DNA from: an uncultured delta proteobacterium
Lineage (GTDB): Bacteria > Desulfobacterota > RBG-13-43-22
DNA: 64,000 bases
Assembly (NCBI GenBank): GCA_963746605.1
Contig: CAVVCH010000054.1
Location: 21,366-85,365 of the forward strand
Direction of reading: 5' to 3'
Below are positions 49,196 through 59,288 of the stretch, in pieces. How positions within the stretch are numbered: the first letter of the stretch is position 1; each line of letters opens with the position of its first letter. The notes beneath the pieces were generated by a model. That model was not told where the DNA came from and ran no database searches. It saw only the letters and a program-made list of their open reading frames with translations. The translations under genes were made by a program, and so were the position numbers.

Positions 49196-50242
49196 ATGCA
49201 GACCGACCACCCCTTTGATTTCTTTTTTCAATGGCATCTGACCGAAAAATGCAATCTTCATTGCCTCCACTGCTATCAGGAAAAAGGGCCATTGGAGGAA
49301 TTCACTTTTTCTGAAATCAAAGAAACCCTGAACGAGATATCGCTCATGCTGGAAGACTGGTCGAAGAGCTATGACCTGGCTTTCCAGACCAGCATCAATG
49401 TTACCGGAGGGGAGCCTTTCTTACGACCCGACCTGTTCCCCATTCTCGAGGAAATGATTCAACACGGGTATGACCTTTATCTCCTGTCCAACGGGACCCT
49501 CCTGGACCGGGATAAGGCCCGCCGTCTAAGCCGCCTGCCGGTTCGGGGAGTCCAGGTCAGCCTGGAAGGGCTGGAAAAGACCCATGAGGCCCTCCGGGGA
49601 AAAGGCAGTTTTGCCGGAGCGGTAAAAGGGATCGAGTACCTGGTGGAAGCCGGGATTCCGGTCACCATCAATACCACCTTATCCGAGATCAACCGGGAAC
49701 AGTTTTTGGAGATGATACCCTTGGCCCAGGCCTTGGGAGCCCAGCGGTTGGGGTTCTCCCGATTGATCCCCGCTGGCCAGGGAGCCCTGCTTTCTTCCCA
49801 ACTGTTAAAACCGGATCAAGTCCGAGGACTTTACCAGGAAATCCATTCCCTCGCTCCCCGCGGATTGGAACTGGTCAGCGGTGATCCGCTTTATCGGCAA
49901 CTGGATTCAGGCAATGATCAGGAAGACCTGGGAAACATCCCTCGCGGTGGGTGCGCGGCCGGGGTGTCCGGTTTGACCTTGATGGCCGACGGAACGGTGA
50001 CTCCCTGCCGCCGGTTACCGGTCCCCCTCGGGAACGTGCGCCAGGACTCCCTGCGTGAACTTTGGAGCAATTCTCCGGTGTTGGAAATGCTGCGGGATAA
50101 AACCAGTTACCAAGGAAAATGCGGCCGCTGCCGCAGATGGGCCGCCTGCCGGGGATGCCGCGCCATGGCCTACGCCTTTTCCCGGGCCGGCGGCCACAAC
50201 CATCTGGTCGACGAAGACCCGCAATGTTTTTTGGAGCCCTAG
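49196..50242 (+). CDS. Radical SAM/SPASM domain protein (AhbD/NirJ/PqqE-like)
   Basis: 348 aa; CNLHCLHC (CxxxCxxC) cluster, C-terminal Cys-rich SPASM region (GGCAAG...CGRCRRWAACRGC...DPQCF). Confidence 0.85.
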   Translation: MQTDHPFDFFFQWHLTEKCNLHCLHCYQEKGPLEEFTFSEIKETLNEISLMLEDWSKSYDLAFQTSINVTGGEPFLRPDLFPILEEMIQHGYDLYLLSNGTLLDRDKARRLSRLPVRGVQVSLEGLEKTHEALRGKGSFAGAVKGIEYLVEAGIPVTINTTLSEINREQFLEMIPLAQALGAQRLGFSRLIPAGQGALLSSQLLKPDQVRGLYQEIHSLAPRGLELVSGDPLYRQLDSGNDQEDLGNIPRGGCAAGVSGLTLMADGTVTPCRRLPVPLGNVRQDSLRELWSNSPVLEMLRDKTSYQGKCGRCRRWAACRGCRAMAYAFSRAGGHNHLVDEDPQCFLEP

Positions 50243-50271
50243 ATGCCCTTTCAATCGGAGGTAACGAGCCG

Positions 50272-52438
50272 ATGAACTCCCCCAGCGATCCATACCCCCC
50301 GGGATGCGCTTTCCCCCTCGGGGCCACTGTCGGCCCGGAGGGCGTCAATTTTAGCGTCTATTCCAAAAACGCAGACAAAGTGGACCTGCTTCTGTTCGAC
50401 CGGGCCGATGACGCTCGACCGGCCCGGATCATTTCCCTGGAACCAAATAAAAACCGGACTTATTTTTACTGGCATGTCTTCGTCCCCGGCCTGTCTTGCG
50501 GACAGATTTACGGCTATCGTGTTTTTGGCCCTTATGAACCGGAAAAAGGGCTGCGTTTTGACGGCCAAAAGGTTCTGCTGGATCCCTACGGAAAGGCCTT
50601 GGCAACGCCGCTTAATTACAGCCGTCTGGCCGCCGGCCTTCCGGGAGACAACACGGCCACGGCCATGAAGAGCGTGGTGGCGGATTTGAGCCTTTACGAT
50701 TGGGAGGGGGACGCGCCGCTTCGACGCCCTTTTTCCAATACCATTATCTATGAACTGCACGTCCGGGGGTTTACCCGTCATCCCAGTTCGGGTGTGCCAG
50801 CCGGATAAGCGGGGCACCTACGCCGGGTTGATCGAGAAAATCCCCTACCTGCAGGATTTGGGAATCACCGCCGTGGAACTGCTACCGGTCTTTCAATTCG
50901 ATGAACAGGATGCGCCCCCCGACTTCAAGAACTACTGGGGCTACAGCCCGGTCAGCTTCTTCGCCCCTCACGGGAGTTACTGCTCCTGCCGAGACCCCCT
51001 CGGTCCGCTGGATGAATTCCGGGATATGGTCAAGGCCTTGCACCGATTTGGGATCGAGGTGATCCTGGACGTGGTCTTTAACCACACGACCGAAGGGCAC
51101 GAATTCGGTCCGACGCTTTGCTACCGCGGTTTTGAAAACCGGGCCTACTACATCCTGGAAGCCGCCACCGGCCGGTACGCCAACTATTCGGGCTGCGGCA
51201 ATACCCTCAATTCCGGCAACTCCATCGTCCGACGGATGATCATCGATAGTTTGCACCACTGGGTCAAGGAGATGCACGTGGACGGCTTCCGTTTTGATCT
51301 GGCCGCCATTCTCTCCCGAGATGAAACCGGCCAACCGCTCGCCAATCCCCCGGTCCTCTGGGATATTGAATCCGACCCGGTCCTGGCCGGCACCAAGCTG
51401 ATTGCCGAGGCCTGGGACGCAGCCGGCCTTTACCAGGTAGGCAGCTTTGTCGGAGAAAGTTGGAAGGAATGGAACGGCAAGTTTCGGGATGATGTGCGGG
51501 GTTTCATCAAAGGCGATAGCGGCGTCGTCCCCTCGGTGGCCTCCCGTCTGTTGGGCAGCCCGGACCTTTATGGCGGGCAGGAACGCGAGCCGGAACAAAG
51601 CATCAATTTCATCACCTGCCACGACGGTTTCACCCTGAATGACCTGGTCTCTTACAACACCAAACACAACGAGGCCAACGGCGAGGAAAACCGCGACGGG
51701 ACCGACGACAACCTGAGTTGGAACTGCGGGGTGGAAGGTCCCACGGATAACCCGGAAATCGAAAAGCTCCGCAACCGCCAGGTAAAAAACTTTATGACCA
51801 TCACCCTTTTGGCCCTCGGGGCCCCCATGCTGCTCATGGGCGATGAGGTCCGGAGGACCCAGCAAGGCAACAACAACGCTTACTGCCAGGACAACGAAAT
51901 CAGTTGGTTTGATTGGGACCTGCTGGCTAAACACGGGGACCTGCACCGTTTCGTCAAGAACCTGATTGCGGCCCGCCTGCACACGGACACTTTCACTCCC
52001 AGCCAGGAGTTAACCTTGAGCCAGATCATCAGGCAGGCCCGTATTCATTGGCACGGGGTCAAACTCAGCCAACCCGATTGGAGTCCGGATTCCCATAGCC
52101 TGGCCTTGACGGTCTGGAGCCGCCGAGGCCGGCTGTTGACCCACATCATGTTGAACGCCTACTGGGGGCCCCTGGCCTTTGAACTACCGCCCGTTCAGAA
52201 CCTGCAGGGCAAGGCCTGGCACCGGTGGATCGACACCGCGCTGGATCCCCCCGAGGACATCGGCACTTGGGCTCACGCCCCTGCCGTTTCCGGATCTACC
52301 TACCCGGTGCAGCCCCGATCCATCGTGGTCCTGATGGAACGGATTGCGAAAGGATGTCGCCTAACAAGGAAAATGGACGATAATACGATATCTTTTGAAC
52401 GGTCCGTGACAGGATCGTCATTCCCGCAGCGCTTCTGA
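50272..52438 (+). CDS. glgX: Glycogen debranching enzyme GlgX, one frameshift near 50790-50810
   Basis: ORF 50119..50808 from MNSPSD holds the N-terminal domain; ORF 50750..52438 holds the GH13 catalytic domain (GFRFDLA, EAWD). Confidence 0.8.
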
Positions 52439-52531
52439 GCGGGAATCCAGGGTTTTCTTAAGGTACATTGGATCCCCGATAAAAACATTCGGGGAAGACG
52501 AGAAATCAACCTCATTAAGAAAGGAAAAATT

Positions 52532-53560
52532 ATGCCGGTTGCCGATTATCAGACTTACCGTAAAATGTTGGACCGGGCCCGGGAGGGGCGGTTTGCCTAC
52601 CCGGCCATCAATGTCACCTCTCTGACCACCGCCAATGCCGTGCTGAAAGGACTGGCCGAAAGCCAAAGCGACGGGATCATCCAGGTATCGACCGGGGGGG
52701 CCGCTTTCGCCTCCGGGTCGTCGGTCAAAGACATGGTTCTGGGGGCGATCTCCATTGCCGAACACGTCCACCGGGTGGCCGATCGCTATGCCATCTATGT
52801 GGCCCTGCACACCGACCACTGCCAGGCGGATAAACTCGACCACTACGTCATTCCGCTGGTGGAGGAAACGGAACGGCGGCGGGCCGCCGGGAGGCCCAAC
52901 CTCTTCAGCAGCCACATGTTTGACGGCAGCGCCCTGCCGCTCAAGGATAACCTGGACCTCTCCGTCAAGCTGCTGGAACGGTTCCAAAAGAATGATTTGA
53001 TCCTGGAAATCGAGGCCGGCGTGGTTGGCGGGGAGGAAGACGGCATCAAGGCCGAGGCCTCGGCCAAGCTTTATACCACCCCCGAAGATACCCTGGAGGT
53101 GGCCCGACGCCTCAATACCTTTAAAGGGGCCCGTTATCTGTTGGCGGCCACCTTCGGAAACGTGCACGGCGTGTACAAACCCGGACAGGTCAAATTGAAA
53201 CCCGCCATCCTCCGCGACTGTCAGGAGGCCGTGGTCAAACAATATGGTGAAGAGGCCCGGTTCTACCTGGTCTTTCATGGCGGATCGGGATCCGATCAGG
53301 CCGACATCCACGAGGCCATCGACTACGGCGTGGTCAAGATGAATGTGGACACCGACACCCAGTATGCCTTCACCCGGCAGGTAGCGCATCATATGTTTCG
53401 CCACTACAACGAAGTACTGAAGGTGGACGGCGAAATGGGCAACAAAAAGGCTTACGACCCCCGCCAGTATCTGTCCGAAGCGGAAACGGCCATGGCCGAG
53501 CGGGTCAAGCGGGCGGTGAGCGACCTGCGGTCGACCGGCACAACCATGTTTAAAGCGTAA
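52532..53560 (+). CDS. fba: Class II fructose-bisphosphate aldolase
   Basis: 342 aa; SSHMFDGS, LEIEAGVVGGEEDG, GNVHGVYKPG, FHGGSGS motifs. Confidence 0.9.
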   Translation: MPVADYQTYRKMLDRAREGRFAYPAINVTSLTTANAVLKGLAESQSDGIIQVSTGGAAFASGSSVKDMVLGAISIAEHVHRVADRYAIYVALHTDHCQADKLDHYVIPLVEETERRRAAGRPNLFSSHMFDGSALPLKDNLDLSVKLLERFQKNDLILEIEAGVVGGEEDGIKAEASAKLYTTPEDTLEVARRLNTFKGARYLLAATFGNVHGVYKPGQVKLKPAILRDCQEAVVKQYGEEARFYLVFHGGSGSDQADIHEAIDYGVVKMNVDTDTQYAFTRQVAHHMFRHYNEVLKVDGEMGNKKAYDPRQYLSEAETAMAERVKRAVSDLRSTGTTMFKA

Positions 53561-53582
53561 GCATGATCGAGAAAGGGACCCT

Positions 53583-54587
53583 ATGATCTTGGCAGGAGAC
53601 ATCGGCGGGACCAACACCCGCCTGGCGGTGGTGAACATGGACCAGGGCCGGCTACGAATCGAGGCCAAGGAAATTTTTCCTAGCCGGGAACAGCCCAGCC
53701 TGGATACGGCCGTTCGCAAATTTATCGCTCACCATCCGGCACCCTTCGCTTCCGTGGTTCTAGGGGTGGCCGGGCCAATCCGGATGGGCCGTTGCGAGGC
53801 CACCAATCTCCCCTGGATCGTAGATGCCCGCTCGCTGGCCCGGGAACTGCACCAGGAACGGGTCGAGCTGATCAACGACCTGGAGGCCTGCGCCCATGGA
53901 TTGGCGGAATTGGGGCCGGACGATCTCGTGGTCCTAAACGAAGGGGAGGCCGCGGCCCGAGGTAATGCCGGTCTGCTGGCGGCCGGTACCGGATTAGGGG
54001 AAGCCGGCCTTTACTGGGATGGGGGGAAATTCCACCCTTTTGCCTCTGAAGGCGGGCACGTGGACTTTGCCGCGCGCAATCATCTGGAGATAGAGCTGTT
54101 GGATTACCTGCTAAGAAGGTATTCCCGGGTCAGCGTGGAACGGGTGGTGTCCGGACCCGGCCTGTATAATATCTACCAATTTCTCCGGGATACCGGCCGG
54201 GGCGAGGAGACACCGGTCCTGGCCGAGGAAATCCGCCGGAGTGACCCGCCGGCGGTAATCACCCGGTGGGCACTGGAAGGAGGCGATCCTCTCTGCGAGG
54301 ATGCCCTGAGCCTCTTTGTCAACTGCTACGGAGCGGAAGCCGGGAACCTGGCCATGAAGTTGCTGGCCACCGGCGGGGTCTATTTGGGTGGAGGGATTGC
54401 GCCCCGGATTATCCCCCGATTGCAGCACCCGGATTTTATGAACGCCTTTACGTCCAAGGGGAGGCTGAACCCGCTGTTGCAGCAGATACCCGTGCGCGTC
54501 ATCCTCAACCCGGACACCGCGCTGCTCGGAGCGGCCCGCTACGCCTTGGACAAGGATCCGGCGGCCACAAACGACCGGATTAGTTGA
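53583..54587 (+). CDS. glk: Glucokinase
   Basis: 334 aa; GDIGGTNTRLA ATP-binding N-terminus, GGHVDFA motif. Confidence 0.9.
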   Translation: MILAGDIGGTNTRLAVVNMDQGRLRIEAKEIFPSREQPSLDTAVRKFIAHHPAPFASVVLGVAGPIRMGRCEATNLPWIVDARSLARELHQERVELINDLEACAHGLAELGPDDLVVLNEGEAAARGNAGLLAAGTGLGEAGLYWDGGKFHPFASEGGHVDFAARNHLEIELLDYLLRRYSRVSVERVVSGPGLYNIYQFLRDTGRGEETPVLAEEIRRSDPPAVITRWALEGGDPLCEDALSLFVNCYGAEAGNLAMKLLATGGVYLGGGIAPRIIPRLQHPDFMNAFTSKGRLNPLLQQIPVRVILNPDTALLGAARYALDKDPAATNDRIS

Positions 54588-56181
54588 TAGCCGCGCTGTC
54601 CTCCAGGAAACAAAAGGGGTCTCGGTCCTGGAATATATTCAGGCCCATTCCGTAGGCCACGGCCAGGCATCCGCCGCAGACCGGACGGAGGGGACAGGCG
54701 CGGCAAGCCGCGGTGCCGGCCCGGTAGCGCCGCGCCGGTTCGGAATCGTACAGTTCCAGCAGGCTGTTTTCCAGGATATTGCCCAGGGGAGAGGGCAACT
54801 TCCGGCAGGCGTGGACTTCGCCGTCGGGCAGGACGGTGATAAAATTGAAGGCCGCGCTGCAGCCGAATCCGGCGCAGCCCCCGAAGAGGGGGATCCCCTG
54901 GCGATGATGGAGGATATTGATCAGGTTGTCCTTGATCCCCATGACCGGGTTTTTTTCCGCCGTCCGCAGGTAGGCAGCCAGAAAAGCGGCATATTCCTGG
55001 CGGTCGGGGACTTGCAGGTTAGCCCCTTCCCCCACCTGGGAGAGGCGATTAAAAAAGAAGCTGTCGGCCTTCCCCTGAAGCCGTTCGGCCAAGGGGATCA
55101 CTTGGTCCATATTATCCCGGGTCAGCGTCAGCATGACCATGGAATAGAGGTTCAATTCCTTAAGGATCCCCAGGAATTCCATTACCCGGTCAAAATGACC
55201 CGGACCACGGATCCAATCGTTGTGTTCCCGCAGCCCTTCCAAACTGACCTGAAAAAAATGGGGTTCCTGGATGGCCCGGATTTCCAGCAGTCGTTCGCGG
55301 GAGGTGGGGTTCCCCAGGATGGCCGTGCCGAACCCCAATCCCGCTGCCGCCCGGTATAGTTCGTTGAATCGAGGATGAAGCAGGGGATTGCCGCCCGTGA
55401 AACTGACCTGACCTTGAACCCGCTTTTCCCGACAGAATCGATCCAGGTCGTTTAGAATTTTCATTTCCTGCTCCCAGTTCAAGGGAGGGCGCGGACTGCG
55501 GTCGTAACAATGTTTGCAGTGGAGGTCGCAGGCTTGGGTGATGTGCCACTGAAGGGTAAACGTCGGGGACTCCAGAAATTCCCGGCCCCGGATGGCACTC
55601 TGGGGATAAGCCGCCGGGTCTCTTCGGATCTTCGACCGGGGGGGAATCAGAAGTCCCTCCCGCGCGGCCTGCTGCAGAACATTCTCAAGGGCCGCCTGCG
55701 GGACCCCGCCGGAGGCGGCGGCGGATTCCAAGGCCACTTCCTCCAGCACAATCTTCAGCGCTAACAGGTCTTCTTCCCGGGCCGCCCGGGACAGGACCTC
55801 TCGCGTCTCCGCATTCCGCCAGACCAGGACCAGCTCCTCACCCGGCTCCGGAGCAATAGGCTTCGCCTTCCCGGCGGCCTGGACCAGGTGAACCAGGTTT
55901 TTATAAGAAAATTGCATCAGCCGCAGAGCGGGGTTGACGATGACCCGGTCGGGGTCCGGATCACTCTCCGCCGACCCCAAACTCGCCTGATAAAGTCCCC
56001 ATTCCAAGCGGGTCAGATCAAAGAGAAAAGGGGGGCAGCCACTCGCCAAGGAAGTCTCCGCCAAAAATCCGGGGAAATCCTCGGGGGATCTCCCGGCCTC
56101 CACTTGGGCTTTAAAGGTTTCCCAGTCGGCGGGCCTTATGTAAGAACGGCTTACCGGATAAATCTTTTCGAGGGTTTCCAT
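54580..56181 (-). CDS. Radical SAM/SPASM domain protein with about 200-aa N-terminal extension (paralog of 49196..50242)
   Basis: 533 aa; CDLHCKHC cluster, SPASM region (GGCAGFGCSAA...CRACPLRPVCGGC...DPFCF); shared blocks with the first gene such as QWH(L/I)T and (F/V)QVSLEGL. Confidence 0.85.
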   Translation of the reverse strand: METLEKIYPVSRSYIRPADWETFKAQVEAGRSPEDFPGFLAETSLASGCPPFLFDLTRLEWGLYQASLGSAESDPDPDRVIVNPALRLMQFSYKNLVHLVQAAGKAKPIAPEPGEELVLVWRNAETREVLSRAAREEDLLALKIVLEEVALESAAASGGVPQAALENVLQQAAREGLLIPPRSKIRRDPAAYPQSAIRGREFLESPTFTLQWHITQACDLHCKHCYDRSPRPPLNWEQEMKILNDLDRFCREKRVQGQVSFTGGNPLLHPRFNELYRAAAGLGFGTAILGNPTSRERLLEIRAIQEPHFFQVSLEGLREHNDWIRGPGHFDRVMEFLGILKELNLYSMVMLTLTRDNMDQVIPLAERLQGKADSFFFNRLSQVGEGANLQVPDRQEYAAFLAAYLRTAEKNPVMGIKDNLINILHHRQGIPLFGGCAGFGCSAAFNFITVLPDGEVHACRKLPSPLGNILENSLLELYDSEPARRYRAGTAACRACPLRPVCGGCLAVAYGMGLNIFQDRDPFCFLEDSAAIN

Positions 56182-56244
56182 ATCATCATTTTAGCACTGT
56201 TTGCGGATCCATTCGTATGAAAATAATAAATTAGGTCCCAGCTT

Positions 56245-56424
56245 GTCATCCTGAGCCTTTCGCCTGCGGTCATCCTGAGCCGAAGCGAAGGATCTGGATT
56301 CTCGGCTCGGAAAGACTCGGAAGGATCTCGGTATTCGGCTCAGGGACTCGCGAAGGATCTCGTCTTTCGAGCCCAAAGCTCGCCAAAGGGATTCTTCAGT
56401 TGCTTCGCTCCTTCAGAATGACAG
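56245..56424. repeat. Cluster of family A repeat units
   Basis: GTCATCCTGAGCC... GTCATCCTGAGCCGAAGCGAAGGATCT ... CTTCAGAATGACAG. Confidence 0.6.
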
Positions 56425-56602
56425 TTGCTGGTTATTTTCGAATCAAATAAAAGAGGCCGGAACAGATACGATCTCGGATCGTATTGGCCCCGGCCCCCGG
56501 AAGGACTGCCGGCGGATAAGCGCCGGCCTGCAATGGTTGGAAACATTTTGGTTAAACGGCTCTCTGATGGATCGGATAGCGCCACCGGCGCTATTTCTTT
56601 CC

Positions 56603-56735
56603 GCTTCAGGAGCTTGGCGCGGCGGGTTTCGTGTCGGTGCTACCTGCATCGGGTTTAGTCCCGCTTCAGGAGCTGCCGGCTTTTTTCTCGGTTTGGGTGC
56701 TACCTGCATCCGGTTTGGACCCGCCTCAAGCGCTC
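56603..56735. repeat. Tandem repeat, 60-bp period, about 2.2 units
   Basis: Unit GCTTCAGGAGC...GGTGCTACCTGCATCGGGTTT at 56603 and 56663, partial third unit at 56723; about 75% identity between units. Confidence 0.6.
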
Positions 56736-56833
56736 TTGCCATTGGCGCACCCGGAAACCCCTAAACTGGAGCCGGCAATCAGGCTGGCAATACTCAACCC
56801 GGCCAACATCTTTTTGAGCTGGTTCATTTCCAT
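56726..56833 (-). CDS. Small ORF (35 aa) with signal-peptide/lipobox-like sequence and strong RBS, upstream of the second radical SAM/SPASM gene
   Basis: GGAAGGAGGTG 7 nt upstream of ATG; MEMNQLKKMLAGLSIASLIAGSSLGVSGCANGKSA then TGA; the same frame continues through the 60-bp repeats with an in-frame TGA in each unit. Confidence 0.35.
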   Translation of the reverse strand: MEMNQLKKMLAGLSIASLIAGSSLGVSGCANGKSA

Positions 56834-57010
56834 GCGTACTCACCTCCTTCCCTGAGTAATTATTGAAACTGATCGTATTTTCAAAATCTATAGAAAAAAG
56901 CTATCAATAATGAATTTGCCTGTCAAGTTTCAATCCATGCTCAATGACAAAATAACCTGCTTATTGGTGAAAAATACAGGGTTTACCCCATAAGGATCAA
57001 CCATGGTAGT

Positions 57011-57176
57011 TTAGTACGAAAATAACCGAATAGGGTACGAGGGAACCAGGGTTCAAGGGTTCGAATGTAGGGGAGGGGTTCATCCCCTCCCGGACCCAGC
57101 CGGGCCTATATCATGCCCTGGGAAAAATCTGAATCCTTAATTCCCAAGCTCGGGAGGGGGTTAACCCTCCCCTACT
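57011..57176. repeat. Family B composite element (paralog of 48758-48855) with two GGGAGGGG-TTAA-CCCCTCCC palindromes
   Basis: TTAGTACGAAAATAACC...GGGTTCAAGGGTTCGAATGTAGGGGAGGGGTTCATCCCCTCCCGGACCCAGCCGGGC...CGGGAGGGGGTTAACCCTCCCCTAC. Confidence 0.65.
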
Positions 57177-57302
57177 GGAAACTGATAATGGCCTCCGGGG
57201 ATGAGGAGGAAATGCCTCTAAATTCAATTTGGCTGGCGTTATTGTTTAAGGCGGGTGGATAACTGGGGAGAATGTTGAAAGGGATTGATTACTTGGACCC
57301 CG

Positions 57303-57698
57303 CTAAAGTTTTGAGCCTCTTGAAGATCTTCGGTCAGCAGATACCTGACATTGAGCTGTTTGAGCAGCGGAAACGATCAGGGCATCCCACCACGAAAGTT
57401 TATTCCGATCCTGTAACTCCCAAGCTCCCTTGATCACCTGCTTATCAACGGGAAGGGGATTCCAGGTCAGCAAAGCGTTTACATCTTCACGAGCCGTTGA
57501 AACCCTCAGGCCCGGTTGGAGCTTACCGGTTACGGTCACATAGAATTCCTGCAGAACTTGATAACTTATCCGCCCACATTTTTTATCCCAGAGAAAGGTC
57601 ATCCAAGCCAGGGCCTGCTTCTGTTTAACCGGTTCCGAACTATCTCGGATATAAACCAGTACATTGGTATCCACAAAAAATCTGCTATCTTCGTTCAT
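57303..57698 (-). CDS. vapC: Type II toxin, PIN domain (VapC family)
   Basis: MNEDSRFFVDTNVLVYI ... WWDALIVSAA; start set at internal Met 57698. Confidence 0.7.
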   Translation of the reverse strand: MNEDSRFFVDTNVLVYIRDSSEPVKQKQALAWMTFLWDKKCGRISYQVLQEFYVTVTGKLQPGLRVSTAREDVNALLTWNPLPVDKQVIKGAWELQDRNKLSWWDALIVSAAQTAQCQVSADRRSSRGSKL

Positions 57699-57918
57699 AC
57701 AGGTCCTGGCGTGGTGGATATTTTTCTTTCGCTTTTTTAAGTGCCTGAGGGGGTTGAGCCAGGTATCGATCTCCGGCCTTTTTATAGGTTTGGTCGACCA
57801 GCATTTTTTCTTTGAGCATTTGCCCCACCAGGCGGGAAACGCTGGTTTCCAGTTCCGCCGCCCTAATCCTTGCCCACCGGGCAACCTCTTCATCCATGGT
57901 AATCGTTACATTTTTCAT
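57685..57918 (-). CDS. vapB: Type II antitoxin (RHH-type)
   Basis: 77 aa; MKNVTITMDEEVARWARIRAAELETSVSRLV; overlaps the toxin start. Confidence 0.65.
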   Translation of the reverse strand: MKNVTITMDEEVARWARIRAAELETSVSRLVGQMLKEKMLVDQTYKKAGDRYLAQPPQALKKAKEKYPPRQDLYERR

Positions 57919-58002
57919 GTCGCTATTTTAGTGTTTCACTAATTCGTGTCAATAATAAATTTGCTCATAAATTTTTTCTGCAATCTGCTAAAATAACCGC
58001 TT

Positions 58003-59271
58003 ATGGAACCCTTATTTGAATCCGGTCGGATAAACGGCCTGACCTTAAAAAACCGTTTCGTGCGCTCGGCCACCTGGGAGGGAATGGCGGCCGAGGATGG
58101 GTCGGTCACCCCGCCCTTGATCGATCTGTACCGTACTCTGGCCGACGGGGGGGTGGGTCTGATCATCACCGGCCACAGCTTTGTCCACCCGTCGGGGAAG
58201 CATTCGCCCCGTCAGCTCGGCAGTTACGCGGACGACCTGATACCCGGACTGCAACGATTGACCGAGGCCGTCCATGAGCGGAACGGACGGATCGTCTTGC
58301 AACTGAATTATGGGGGGGCTTATCTCTCCCGGTCCCGAGTGGACCAAATGACCCCGGAGGATTTCCGGGCGGTCGGCGCGGCCTTTGCCCTGGCCGCCCG
58401 CCGGGCGCAGCAGGCCGGGTTCGACGGAGTTCAGATCCTGGCCGCCCACGGCTTCTTTCTGAGCCAGCTCCTCTGTCCGCGTTACAATCCCCGAACCGAT
58501 GAATACGGCGGTTCCATCGAAAACCGGGCCCGGGCTCTGATGGAGGTGGTAGGGGCCGTCCGGGAACAGATTAAACCCGAATACCCCCTCCTGGTGAAAA
58601 TCAACAGCCGGGACATGATTGAGGATGGACTCCAGTTGGAGGAATCCATTGAGGTGGGCCTAAGGCTGGAGGCGGCCGGCGTCGATGCCCTGGAGATCAG
58701 CGGCGGCCTGTTGAACCTGCCCAACCTGCTCCAGGATAGAAACACCGAGGAGGAGGACTTTCCCTTTTTTCAAAACGAAGCCCGGGCCTTCAAGCAGCAG
58801 CTTCGAATCCCGGTGATTCTGGTGGGGGGGATCCGGTCTTTTTCCACAGCAAGGCGCCTCCTGAAAGCAGGGACCGCCGATTTTATCGCCCTCTGCCGGC
58901 CCTTTATCCGGGAGCCGGATTTGATCAACCGCTGGCAAAGGGGCGAACGGCAAAAAACCGCCTGCCTTTCCTGCAACAACTGCGTGGAGCAGTTGAAGCA
59001 GGGGAGGGGTCTGGTCTGCAGCCCCCTGGAACCTGAGGCAAAAGAAACCTTTTTTGCCCAGAAAACGGAATCCCTCCCGGCCGGGCCACCCTTTCCGGCC
59101 AATATTTCCTACCAGGTCTCCTTCGGTCTAGAAGAATGGGATGGAATCTTTCTCCCGGTGATCAAGATTCAGATGGTCCGGGAAGGACAAATCCTCAATG
59201 AGGGCGTATCCTTCCCGGCCGGGATCGACGTTTTTGAAAAAATATGCCGATTGATCAAGAATCTAATTTAG
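58003..59271 (+). CDS. NADH:flavin oxidoreductase (Old Yellow Enzyme family)
   Basis: 422 aa; OYE-like FMN-binding TIM barrel (RSATWEG..., HGFFLSQLL, GGIRS) plus C-terminal extension. Confidence 0.8.
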   Translation: MEPLFESGRINGLTLKNRFVRSATWEGMAAEDGSVTPPLIDLYRTLADGGVGLIITGHSFVHPSGKHSPRQLGSYADDLIPGLQRLTEAVHERNGRIVLQLNYGGAYLSRSRVDQMTPEDFRAVGAAFALAARRAQQAGFDGVQILAAHGFFLSQLLCPRYNPRTDEYGGSIENRARALMEVVGAVREQIKPEYPLLVKINSRDMIEDGLQLEESIEVGLRLEAAGVDALEISGGLLNLPNLLQDRNTEEEDFPFFQNEARAFKQQLRIPVILVGGIRSFSTARRLLKAGTADFIALCRPFIREPDLINRWQRGERQKTACLSCNNCVEQLKQGRGLVCSPLEPEAKETFFAQKTESLPAGPPFPANISYQVSFGLEEWDGIFLPVIKIQMVREGQILNEGVSFPAGIDVFEKICRLIKNLI

Positions 59272-59288
59272 AGGAATTCATCGATTGA

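Noticed and set aside
50882-51982. 366-aa minus-strand ORF
   Set aside because: Antisense to glgX; no motifs, Gly/Val/Pro-rich.
56603-56735. Possible CRISPR array (60-bp tandem repeat)
   Set aside because: Only about 2.2 units with roughly 75% identity between them, no spacer-repeat alternation and no cas genes; treated as a tandem repeat, possibly coding.
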